Origin: an uncultured Actinomycetota bacterium
GTDB lineage: Bacteria; Actinomycetota; Actinomycetes; Streptosporangiales; Streptosporangiaceae
Assembly (NCBI GenBank): GCA_963777905.1
Contig: CAVZSM010000034.1
Location: forward strand, 39,691 to 103,690
Reading direction: 5' to 3'
Length of the DNA: 64,000 bases
The notes beneath the pieces are model-generated. The model ran no database searches, was not told the origin of the DNA, and worked only from the letters and a program-made list of their open reading frames with translations. Shown one piece after another: positions 16,744-25,027 of this stretch (positions are counted from its first letter, which is position 1; each line of letters starts with the position of its first letter). A program made the translations under genes and the position numbers.

Positions 16744-17532
16744 ATGGGCCGCCCGATCATAGGCATTACCTGCGAGCTGGAGGCGGCCCGCTGGGGAGAC
16801 TGGCTTCGTGAGGCCGCGATTTCCCCGGTCAGTTACACCCGGGCCGTGGAGCGGGCCGGGGGAGCGCCCGTGCTGCTGCCCCCGGTGCCGCCGGATTCGG
16901 TGTCCTCCCTCGTTGTCCGCCTTGACGGGCTGCTCTTCACCGGCGGCAGGGACGTCGACCCCGCACTGTACGAGCAGCAGCGGCTGGACGACACCGACCT
17001 GCCCGAGCACCGCAGGGACAGGTTCGAGCTGCTGCTGATGCGCGCCGCGCTCGAGGCCGGCCTGCCCTTCCTCGCCATCGGCCGCGGGTTGCACGTGCTG
17101 ACCGTCGCGCGCGGCGGCACGCTCACCCAGCACCTGCCCGAGCACCGGCCGGACCGGGCCCGCTACCTGCCGCACGATGTGCACCTGGCCGACGACAGCG
17201 TGCTCGGCCGCCTGCTCGGCAGCAAGGTCCAGGTGCCCGCCGCGCACCACCAGGCACCGGACCGCCTCGGCGACGGACTGACGGCAACCGGCTGGTCGCC
17301 GGACGACCAGGCGGTGGAGGCTGTGGAAGTCGCCGGGCACGGGTTCGGCGTCGGCGTGCACTGGCACCCCGAGGAAAGCGACGACCTCCGCCTGCTGACC
17401 GCCCTGGTCGAGGCGGCCGGCAAGCCACGCCGCGAACAGGCCAAGCGGGCGGAACCGCAGCAATCCCAGGCGCACCAGCAGCCTAAGCAACCGTCAGCGC
17501 CGAAGCCCAAGGCGGGCACCCGCGCCCGCTGA
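16744..17532 (+). CDS. class-I glutamine amidotransferase / peptidase C26 (PuuD-like) homologue lacking the nucleophile Cys
   Basis: GITCE..., FTGGRDVDPALY, and VHWHPEE are present. The position of the usual G-x-C-R-G reads AIGRG (GGC at 17080-17082). Basic Pro/Gln-rich C-terminal tail. Confidence 0.8.
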   Translation: MGRPIIGITCELEAARWGDWLREAAISPVSYTRAVERAGGAPVLLPPVPPDSVSSLVVRLDGLLFTGGRDVDPALYEQQRLDDTDLPEHRRDRFELLLMRAALEAGLPFLAIGRGLHVLTVARGGTLTQHLPEHRPDRARYLPHDVHLADDSVLGRLLGSKVQVPAAHHQAPDRLGDGLTATGWSPDDQAVEAVEVAGHGFGVGVHWHPEESDDLRLLTALVEAAGKPRREQAKRAEPQQSQAHQQPKQPSAPKPKAGTRAR

Positions 17533-17557
17533 GCTGGCCGCCGTCTTGCAGGGCCCG

Positions 17558-18415
17558 CTACAGCGGGGTCGAGTAGCTGGTGAGCCAGTGGGTGTGCAGC
17601 CAGGCGATGGCAGACGTCCACGCGCCGGTTACTTCGAGGACGCCGACGACCACCAGCAAGGCGCCGCCGATCCTGCTGACCAGCCGCGCGTTGCGGCGGA
17701 AGAAGCTGAGCACGTTCACCGCGCGCTGGAAGGCGGCCGCGACGATCAGGAACGGGATGCCGAGGCCGAGCCCGTAGACGAACGCGAGGAACGCGCCGCG
17801 CGCGGCGGTGCCCGACGTCTCGGACAGCGCCAGCACGGCGGTCAGCGTGGGGCCGATGCACGGCGTCCAGCCGAAGCCGAACATCACGCCAAGCAGCGGC
17901 GCCCCGGCCAGCCCGGCCCGCGGCCGCGCCGAGGGCCGGAAGATCCGGCCGGCGAAGCTGAAGCGGTCGAACGCCCCGGCGAACATCAGCCCGAGCAGGA
18001 TCGTGATCACCCCGAGGACCTGAGTGAGCCCGGTGTTGTGGGCGCGGAGGAGGTGGCCGAGCCCGCCGAACGCGAGCCCGTAGACCGCGAAGACGGCGGA
18101 GAACCCGAGGACGAACAGCGCGGTCCCCGCGACGGCCCGTCCGGTGGGCGCCGAACCCGGCGCGTCACTGGTCGTGACCGTGGCGGTCGTGACGCCGCCA
18201 CTGCCCTCCGAGACAGCGACGGCGGCGGTACCGCCGCCCGTGACAGCCGCGCTCTCCGCGGCACCGCCGGCGCCGGACATGCCGGTGATGTACGACAGGT
18301 AGCCGGGCACCAGCGGCAGGCAGCAGGGGGACAGGAACGTCAACGCGCCGGCCGCCGCGGCGACCGGTATCGCCAGGATCAGCGGCCCCGAGGAGACCAG
18401 GTTCTCGACGCTCAT
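17558..18415 (-). CDS. ccdA: cytochrome c biogenesis / thiol-disulfide transporter CcdA (DsbD family)
   Basis: ATG at 18415 inside ORF 17558..18994. LSPCCLPLVPGYLSYI and GWTPCIGP motifs. Gly/Ala/Thr-rich loop insertion. Confidence 0.85.
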   Translation of the reverse strand: MSVENLVSSGPLILAIPVAAAAGALTFLSPCCLPLVPGYLSYITGMSGAGGAAESAAVTGGGTAAVAVSEGSGGVTTATVTTSDAPGSAPTGRAVAGTALFVLGFSAVFAVYGLAFGGLGHLLRAHNTGLTQVLGVITILLGLMFAGAFDRFSFAGRIFRPSARPRAGLAGAPLLGVMFGFGWTPCIGPTLTAVLALSETSGTAARGAFLAFVYGLGLGIPFLIVAAAFQRAVNVLSFFRRNARLVSRIGGALLVVVGVLEVTGAWTSAIAWLHTHWLTSYSTPL

Positions 18416-18861
18416 CCCTGCCGCTTGCCGTGCGGAATGATCACCAGGTTGGCGGCGTAGCAGAGCATCGCGACCGCGGTGGCGATCGCCATGCCGAGCG
18501 ACGCGCCGTCGGCGCCGTCCTGCGCGAACGACGATCCGGCGCCGCCCGCGGCGAGAATGGCGACGAGTCCGGCGATAGACGTGGCCAGCACCGCGCCCGA
18601 CTTCGCCTGAACCGCGCGGAACACCAGCATCGCGGCCACGATGACCAGCAGGATGCCGAGGATCACGTGGATCGCGAGCAGCGGGCTGGAGAACAGTCCG
18701 ACGGACTTCTTCGCGGTCGGGGCCGTGCCGTACAGGTTGTACGCCGTCCCGATGACGAACTGCAGGACCAGCATTGTCAGGGCGCCGAAGCTGGCCATGC
18801 GGACCCGCTCCAGCCGCGTGGCGAGTGCGGACCCCGTTCCGGGTTCGGTCAGCGTTGACAT
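18412..18861 (-). CDS. small 4-TM membrane protein
   Basis: 149 aa with four hydrophobic helices. Its stop overlaps the ccdA start (ATGA), so it is probably co-translated. Confidence 0.6.
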   Translation of the reverse strand: MSTLTEPGTGSALATRLERVRMASFGALTMLVLQFVIGTAYNLYGTAPTAKKSVGLFSSPLLAIHVILGILLVIVAAMLVFRAVQAKSGAVLATSIAGLVAILAAGGAGSSFAQDGADGASLGMAIATAVAMLCYAANLVIIPHGKRQG

Positions 18862-18884
18862 GCCACCACGATATCGTTACCGGT

Positions 18885-20300
18885 GTGAATTCGGTCGCCG
18901 TCGGCCCCCCAGGGACCCGGCTCGTGAAAGCCGGCGCCATCGCGTTCGGCGCGATCCTCGTCAGCTGGGTGATCTTCGACGTCCTCCGCGGCAAGGCCGG
19001 CGCGCTGAACCCGGTGGACCTGACCGTGTACCGCGACGGCGGGCTGATCGTCCGGCACGTCCAGCCGTACTACGACCCACACGCGGGCGCGCCCCTCTAC
19101 GACTGGGGCGGGTACAGCTCGCTGGCGCTGAAGTTCACCTACACGCCGTTCGCCGCGATCGTATTCGCGCTGATCTCGTTCATCCCGATGAAGCCGTTGC
19201 TGGTGCTGTCGGTCATCGTGAACATCGCGAGCCTGGTGGCGGCGCTGTGGTTCACGTTCCGCGCCCTCGGCTACGCAGACCGCCGGGTCCGGCTCGGCGC
19301 GACGCTGCTGGCCGCGGCGGTCACGTTCTGGCTGCAGCCGGTGGTGCGGACGATCTACCTGGGCCAGGTCAACCTGATCCTGATGGCGGCGATCATCTGG
19401 GACTTGACCCAGGTGGAGTTCACCGCGAACGGGAAGCGGCGCTGGTGGGCGGGCGCGGTGACCGGAGTCGCCGCGGGGATCAAGCTGGTGCCGCTGATCT
19501 TCGTCCCGTACCTGCTGCTCACGAAGCGGTTCAGGGAGGCGGCCATGACCGTGGCCGGCTTCCTGGCGACCGTCCTCATCGGGTTCGCGATCCTGCCGGG
19601 CGACTCGTCCAAGTGGTGGCTGCACGGGCTGGTCTTCTCCGACGGCAACAGGACCGGGTTCACCGGCTGGGCAGGCAACCAGTCGCTGCGCGCGATCATC
19701 ACGCGGTTCGCCGGATCCATCAACGCCGGCACCAAGCCCTGGCTGGTCGCCGCCTTCGTGGCCGTAGTCCTCGGCATCGTGGCCGCGGCGCTGCTCTACC
19801 GCGCCGGGCACTCCATGGTCGCGCTGCTGACCGTCGCGCTGACCGGGCTGCTCGCCTCGCCGATCAGCTGGGACCACCACTGGGTGTGGGTCGCCCCCGG
19901 CGTGGCGGTCGCGGGCCACTACGCGATCCGCGCCTGGCAGGCCAGGGAGAAGTGGCGGGCCCGCTGGATCGCCGCGCTCGCCGTCGGCATCATCGTCGTG
20001 TACGGCGCCTGGCCGGACGCGCTGTGGGAGCACGCCCGCAACCTCGGCAAGTTCTCGCTCGGCTTCCTGTGGGCGCAGAAGAACACCAGCCCGATCCTGT
20101 TCAGCCAGCACGGCGACCAGCCGCAGTACGTCGAGTACCACTGGCATGGCTTCCAGCTGCTGTGGGGCAACATTTACATCCTCGGCGGCATCGCCCTGCT
20201 GCTGATCCTGGTGGGCATCGCGGTCAAGCTCCGCCACGTGGCGCCGGCGCCGCGCAGTGCCGAGCCCTCCGACCTCCCCGCCGAAGTCCCCGCGACGTAG
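18885..20300 (+). CDS. GT87 family (DUF2029, PimE-like) polyprenol-phosphate-mannose-dependent glycosyltransferase
   Basis: Multi-TM protein with DLTVYRDGG...YDW..., typical of GT87. The start is uncertain (GTG at 18885 or 18924). Confidence 0.75.
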   Translation: MNSVAVGPPGTRLVKAGAIAFGAILVSWVIFDVLRGKAGALNPVDLTVYRDGGLIVRHVQPYYDPHAGAPLYDWGGYSSLALKFTYTPFAAIVFALISFIPMKPLLVLSVIVNIASLVAALWFTFRALGYADRRVRLGATLLAAAVTFWLQPVVRTIYLGQVNLILMAAIIWDLTQVEFTANGKRRWWAGAVTGVAAGIKLVPLIFVPYLLLTKRFREAAMTVAGFLATVLIGFAILPGDSSKWWLHGLVFSDGNRTGFTGWAGNQSLRAIITRFAGSINAGTKPWLVAAFVAVVLGIVAAALLYRAGHSMVALLTVALTGLLASPISWDHHWVWVAPGVAVAGHYAIRAWQAREKWRARWIAALAVGIIVVYGAWPDALWEHARNLGKFSLGFLWAQKNTSPILFSQHGDQPQYVEYHWHGFQLLWGNIYILGGIALLLILVGIAVKLRHVAPAPRSAEPSDLPAEVPAT

Positions 20301-20310
20301 CCGGTGCCGG

Positions 20311-22002
20311 ATGCGTCGTGCCGTGGCGTTGCCGATCGTGGCGGTGTCGATCGTGGCGGTGTCGATCGCGGCCGCGCCTGCCTTCGCCGCCACGCCGGCC
20401 CCGCTCAGCGGGACCGCGGACGCGCTCACCCAGTCCGCTAGCGATCCAGGCACCTGGACGACGACCGCTTACCTGAACACCGCGGCGCTGTGCGCGGAAC
20501 CGGTCACCTTCGCGCTGCAGCTGACGCCGGCCCCGTCGCCCGGCAAACCGGTGCCAGCGACCCCGGCCGGCAGCGTCACCGCGAACTGCGGCCCGGGGGA
20601 GACGGCGTCGCCGATCACCGCGGTCACGCTCAGCGCCAGCCTCCCCGAAGTGCCGCTGTCCGCAACGCTGGTCGTCACGCCGTCCCCGGTGGCCGCCGCG
20701 TCAGAAGCGCAGCTGGACGTCACCCTGGCCGTGCACCGTCACGTGTCCGTCTATCAGTACCTGGTGATACCGGCCTGCTCCGGCGCCGTGCTCGCCGCGC
20801 TGCTCATCATCGCCACGGTGGCGTTCGGGGTGCCCCGGTCGAGGCGGCCGGCCCGACCGCCGCGGTCCGGACGCCGGAACGCGCACCTGGACAAGGAGGA
20901 TTTCTGGCGACGGCCGCTGTACGCGGCCTCCGCGTGGACGTGGGGCGACAGCTGGGTCACGAACATCGCCGCGGTCGGCACGCTCATCGGCACCGTGCTC
21001 ACCGCGTCGAGCGGCGTCGCCGCGCTGCTGCCCGGGGTTGACCAGGGCCGGTTCAGCCTGCTGCTCGCCATGGCGGGCGGCGTATCGGTCATCGCGCCGC
21101 TGATCTTCGCGCTGCTGAACTACCGCTTCAGCAGGCAGAACCCGGCGACCGCCCGGATCATGCAGATCAGCCTGCCAGCGGGGCACGGCGGATTCACGGT
21201 CACCATGCCCGTCGGCGGCAGCGTCGCCGTGCAGAGCGGCGGCACGCTGGACAGCGGCCAGGCGCTCAGTCCTGGCACCACCCTCGACGTGCCGGTCAAC
21301 GGGGAGGTCACGGTGGCCGCGCCGGGAACCGGGCAGCGCGACTCCGTGATCCTGGTGCTGCCGGGCAGCAACGACATCGTGCTGCCGCCGGAGCAGCGGA
21401 TCACGCTCAGGCCCGCGATCAGCGTCCCGCCGAGCGCCATCCAGGGCGCCCAGGCAGCCCGGGTCACCCAGGACAGCGCCATCCGGGCGGCGCGGCCGGG
21501 CTTCGCGAGCCGCGTGAAAGCACTCGTGCCCGGCGCAGCGACGGCTGCGACGCCGGCGCCTGCGCCGCCATCCGCCACGACCGTCGCCGCCCTGACGGTG
21601 CCGGACGGGGCCAAGCTCTCGTTCACCGGGCTGGCGGACATCACCTTGCCATCGGGCAGCCGCGTCTCCGCCGTGGGCGAGCCGAAGAACGAGGTGACGC
21701 TGAGCGAAGACCGGACGTTCACCCTGCCGTTCGCCGGCGAGGTCATCTCACAGCTGTGGTCGTTGCTGCTGGCGTCGTGTTTCACGATGTTCGGCATCGG
21801 CGCCGACCTGGCCATCGCCGGCTGGGTGCTCGGCTACGACCTGGCGGCCGCGCCGCTGTGGGCGCGCGCCCTCATCGCGGCCGTCGCCGGCGCCGCGGCG
21901 CTCATCGTCGTCTGGTACGGGGTCTTCGCGATCCGGTCGCTCGCCGACACGCGGGACGGCTCGGTGCTGAGCGGCCGCCAAGACGCCTCCTTCATCCTCT
22001 GA
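20311..22002 (+). CDS. secreted/membrane protein of unknown function
   Basis: ATG at 20311. Signal peptide ending AFAATP, about 5 TM helices, and a large Thr/Pro/Val-rich soluble region. I recognise no family. Confidence 0.6.
   Translation: MRRAVALPIVAVSIVAVSIAAAPAFAATPAPLSGTADALTQSASDPGTWTTTAYLNTAALCAEPVTFALQLTPAPSPGKPVPATPAGSVTANCGPGETASPITAVTLSASLPEVPLSATLVVTPSPVAAASEAQLDVTLAVHRHVSVYQYLVIPACSGAVLAALLIIATVAFGVPRSRRPARPPRSGRRNAHLDKEDFWRRPLYAASAWTWGDSWVTNIAAVGTLIGTVLTASSGVAALLPGVDQGRFSLLLAMAGGVSVIAPLIFALLNYRFSRQNPATARIMQISLPAGHGGFTVTMPVGGSVAVQSGGTLDSGQALSPGTTLDVPVNGEVTVAAPGTGQRDSVILVLPGSNDIVLPPEQRITLRPAISVPPSAIQGAQAARVTQDSAIRAARPGFASRVKALVPGAATAATPAPAPPSATTVAALTVPDGAKLSFTGLADITLPSGSRVSAVGEPKNEVTLSEDRTFTLPFAGEVISQLWSLLLASCFTMFGIGADLAIAGWVLGYDLAAAPLWARALIAAVAGAAALIVVWYGVFAIRSLADTRDGSVLSGRQDASFIL
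20334..20368. repeat. 15-bp tandem duplication GATCGTGGCGGTGTC x2.3 in the signal peptide
   Basis: Read directly; encodes IVAVS IVAVS. Confidence 0.9.
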
Positions 22003-22050
22003 CCGGCTTCATCCTCTGACCGGCTTCATCCTCTGACCGGCTTCATCCTG
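21991..22050. repeat. 17-bp tandem repeat TTCATCCTCTGACCGGC x3.5 spanning a stop codon
   Basis: Three perfect copies plus a 9-bp partial copy. The first copy contains the TGA (22000-22002) of the upstream gene. Confidence 0.95.
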
Positions 22051-22070
22051 TAAGCGTTCATACTGGGCTG

Positions 22071-23786
22071 ATGGCGAGCATGAACGAGGCGGTCGCCGGG
22101 CTGCTGCGGGAGTACGCGGAGCTGCTGGCCATCACCGGGGGCGACCCGTTCAGGGCGCGGAACTACGAAAAGGCGGCCAAGGCGGTCGCCGGGCACCCGG
22201 CCGATGTCACCACGATGGCCGAGCCCGCGTTGACAAGCATCCCCGGCGTCGGCAAGTCGATCGCCGCCAAGATCACCGAGTTCAAGCGCACCGGCACCAT
22301 CAAGGCCGTTGAGGAGCAGCGGGCCAAGGTACCGCCCGGCGTCCGCGAGCTCACCCGGGTTCCCGGGCTCGGCCCGAAGCGCGCCATGCAGCTCAGCAGG
22401 GAACTGGGCATCGCCACCGTGAGCGACCTGGAAGCCGCCGTGAGCGAGGGCAAGCTGCGGAACATCGCCGGCTTCGGCCCCAAGAGCGAAGAGCGCATCC
22501 TGCGCGGCCTGGCGGTCATGACCACCGACCGGGTGCTGCTCAACGTGGCCCTGAGGACGGCGACGGACATCGTCGGCGCCCTGCGGGACAGCACCGAGCA
22601 CGTCGAGTACGCCGGCTCGCTGCGCCGGTGGCGGGAGACGATCGGCGACGTCGACATCCTCGCCACCGCCGGCGACGACGCGCACGCCGAGCGGATCATG
22701 ACCGCGTTCAGGGAGATGTCGGACGAGATCGTCGTGTCCGGCCCGACCAAGACCTCGATCCGCAAGGCCACCAGCGCCGGCACCGGTCTCCAGGTCGACC
22801 TGCGCGTCGTCAGGCCGGAGTGCTACGGCGCCGCGCTGCAGTACTTCACCGGCTCGCAGGCGCACAACGTCGCGGTCCGCCAGGTCGCGATCAGGGCCGG
22901 GCTCAAGCTGTCGGAGTACGGGCTGTTCCGCGGGGACGAGCTGATCGCCAGCGCCACGGAGGACGACGTCTACGTCGCCCTCGGCATGGACTGGGTGCCG
23001 CCGCCGATGCGCGAGGACACCGGGGAAGTCGAAGCGGGGATCAAAAGACAGATACCCGCGCTCGTTCAGGAAAAAGAAATACGCGGCGACCTGCACACGC
23101 ACACGAACCTGACCGACGGAGTCGCGTCGCTGGAGGAAATGATCAGGCAGGCGGAGCCCAAGGGGTACGCGTACTACGCGGTCACCGACCACGCGCCGAA
23201 CCTGATCATGCAGCGGATGACCGACGAGAAGATGCTGGCGCAGCGAACGCGGCTGGCGGCGCTCGCATCCAGCATGGTCCTGCTGCACGGCACCGAGCTG
23301 AACATCGCGCCGGACGGCTCGGTGGACTGGGACGAGGACTTCCTGAGCGGGTTCGACATGTGCGTGGCGTCGGTGCACTCGCATTTCGACCAGGACCGGC
23401 GGGCGATGACGAAGCGGTTCATCGTGGCGTGCGAGAACCCGCGCGTGAACATCATCGGCCACCCGCTCACCCGCAAGATCGGCCGCCGCCCGCCGGTCGA
23501 CGTGGACCTCGGCGAGCTGTTCAAAGCGTGCGCCCGCACCGGCACCGCGCTCGAGGTCAACGCCTCGCCGGCCCGGCTCGACCTGCCGGGCGACTACATC
23601 AGGCAGGCCAGGGACGCGGGCGTGAAGTTCGCGATCGACACCGACGCGCACTCGTTCGGCGACCTGGAGAACATGAAGTACGGGGTGGGAACGGCGCAGC
23701 GCGGCTGGCTGACCTCCGGCGACGTGATCAACACCTGGCCGCTGGAGAAGCTGCGGGAATTTCTTCGCAAGGGCCGTGCGTCATAA
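22071..23786 (+). CDS. polX: DNA polymerase/3'-5' exonuclease PolX (Pol X + PHP domains)
   Basis: 571 aa. HhH motifs (IPGVGKSIAAKI, VPGLGPKRA), the Pol-beta-like core (GSLRRWRETIGDVDIL), and a C-terminal PHP domain (GDLHTHTNLTDG...HSHFD). Confidence 0.9.
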   Translation: MASMNEAVAGLLREYAELLAITGGDPFRARNYEKAAKAVAGHPADVTTMAEPALTSIPGVGKSIAAKITEFKRTGTIKAVEEQRAKVPPGVRELTRVPGLGPKRAMQLSRELGIATVSDLEAAVSEGKLRNIAGFGPKSEERILRGLAVMTTDRVLLNVALRTATDIVGALRDSTEHVEYAGSLRRWRETIGDVDILATAGDDAHAERIMTAFREMSDEIVVSGPTKTSIRKATSAGTGLQVDLRVVRPECYGAALQYFTGSQAHNVAVRQVAIRAGLKLSEYGLFRGDELIASATEDDVYVALGMDWVPPPMREDTGEVEAGIKRQIPALVQEKEIRGDLHTHTNLTDGVASLEEMIRQAEPKGYAYYAVTDHAPNLIMQRMTDEKMLAQRTRLAALASSMVLLHGTELNIAPDGSVDWDEDFLSGFDMCVASVHSHFDQDRRAMTKRFIVACENPRVNIIGHPLTRKIGRRPPVDVDLGELFKACARTGTALEVNASPARLDLPGDYIRQARDAGVKFAIDTDAHSFGDLENMKYGVGTAQRGWLTSGDVINTWPLEKLREFLRKGRAS

Positions 23787-23847
23787 AGGTTACTGGCGAG
23801 TAGCATAAGCCCGTCAGGCGCAACCGACACGCCAAGGAGCAAGGCAA

Positions 23848-25026
23848 ATGCGGGCACGCGATGTGGTCTTCGTCAACGGCGTCCGGACGCCGTTCGGCAA
23901 GTCTGGGCCGAAGGGCATCTACGCCGAGACCAGGGCCGACGACCTGGTGATCCGGGTGATCAGGGAACTGCTGCGGCGCAACCCGGACCTGCCGCACGAC
24001 CGGATCGGCGAGGTCGCCATCGCGGCCACTACGCAGATCGGCGACCAGGGGCTGACGATCGGCCGCAGCGCCGCCATCCTCGCGGGCCTGCCGGTGACCG
24101 TGCCCGGGTACGCGATCGACCGGATGTGCGCGGGCGCGATGACCGCGGTGACCACGGTGGCCGGCGAGGTGGCGCTCGGTGCCGCTGACGTCGCGATCGC
24201 GGGCGGTGTCGAGCACATGGGCCGGCACCCGATGGGCGAGGCCGTCGATCCGAACCCGCGGTTCATCGCCGAACAGCTCGTCGACGAGTCCGCGCTGTTC
24301 ATGGGCATGACCGCGGAGAACCTGCACGACAGGTACCCGGCGGTCACGAAGGACCGGGCGGACGCGTACGCGCTGGCCAGCCAGCGCAAGGTCGCGGCCG
24401 CCTACGAGGCGGGGCAGATCCAGCCGGACCTGGTGCCGATGGCGATCCGCACGAAGGAGCTGGGCTGGGGCTGGGCGACGGTGGACGAGCCGCCCCGGCC
24501 GGACACGACGCTGGAGGGCCTCGCGGCGCTGAAGACCCCGTTCCGCCCGCACGGCCGGGTCACGGCCGGCAACTCCAGCGGCATCAACGACGGCGCGACC
24601 GGCTGCGTCATCGCCGCGGAAGAGGTCGCGGCCGAGCTGGGCCTGACCGCCAAGATGCGCCTGGTGGACTTCCAGTTCGCCGGCGTCGAGCCCGAGGTGA
24701 TGGGCATCGGCCCGGTGCCCGCGACCGAGAAGCTGCTCGCCCGCAACTCCCTCACCATGGATGACATCGGCCTCATCGAGATCAACGAGGCGTTCGCGGT
24801 GCAGGTGCTGGCGTTCCTCGACCACTTCAAGATCGATGACTCCGATCCCCGGGTGAACCCGTGGGGCGGCGCGATCGCGATCGGCCACCCGCTCGCCTCC
24901 TCCGGCGTCCGGCTGATGATCCAGCTCGCGCGGCAGCTTGCCGAGCGGCCCGATGTCCGTTACGGGCTGACGACGATGTGCGTGGGCATGGGCATGGGCG
25001 GCACCGTGCTCTGGGAGAGGATCTGA
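23848..25026 (+). CDS. fadA: acetyl-CoA C-acyltransferase (thiolase)
   Basis: 392 aa with thiolase motifs (DRMCAGAM, NEAFA, GGAIAIGHPLASSG, CVGMGMG). AAGGAG RBS. Confidence 0.9.
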   Translation: MRARDVVFVNGVRTPFGKSGPKGIYAETRADDLVIRVIRELLRRNPDLPHDRIGEVAIAATTQIGDQGLTIGRSAAILAGLPVTVPGYAIDRMCAGAMTAVTTVAGEVALGAADVAIAGGVEHMGRHPMGEAVDPNPRFIAEQLVDESALFMGMTAENLHDRYPAVTKDRADAYALASQRKVAAAYEAGQIQPDLVPMAIRTKELGWGWATVDEPPRPDTTLEGLAALKTPFRPHGRVTAGNSSGINDGATGCVIAAEEVAAELGLTAKMRLVDFQFAGVEPEVMGIGPVPATEKLLARNSLTMDDIGLIEINEAFAVQVLAFLDHFKIDDSDPRVNPWGGAIAIGHPLASSGVRLMIQLARQLAERPDVRYGLTTMCVGMGMGGTVLWERI

Positions 25027-25027
25027 G

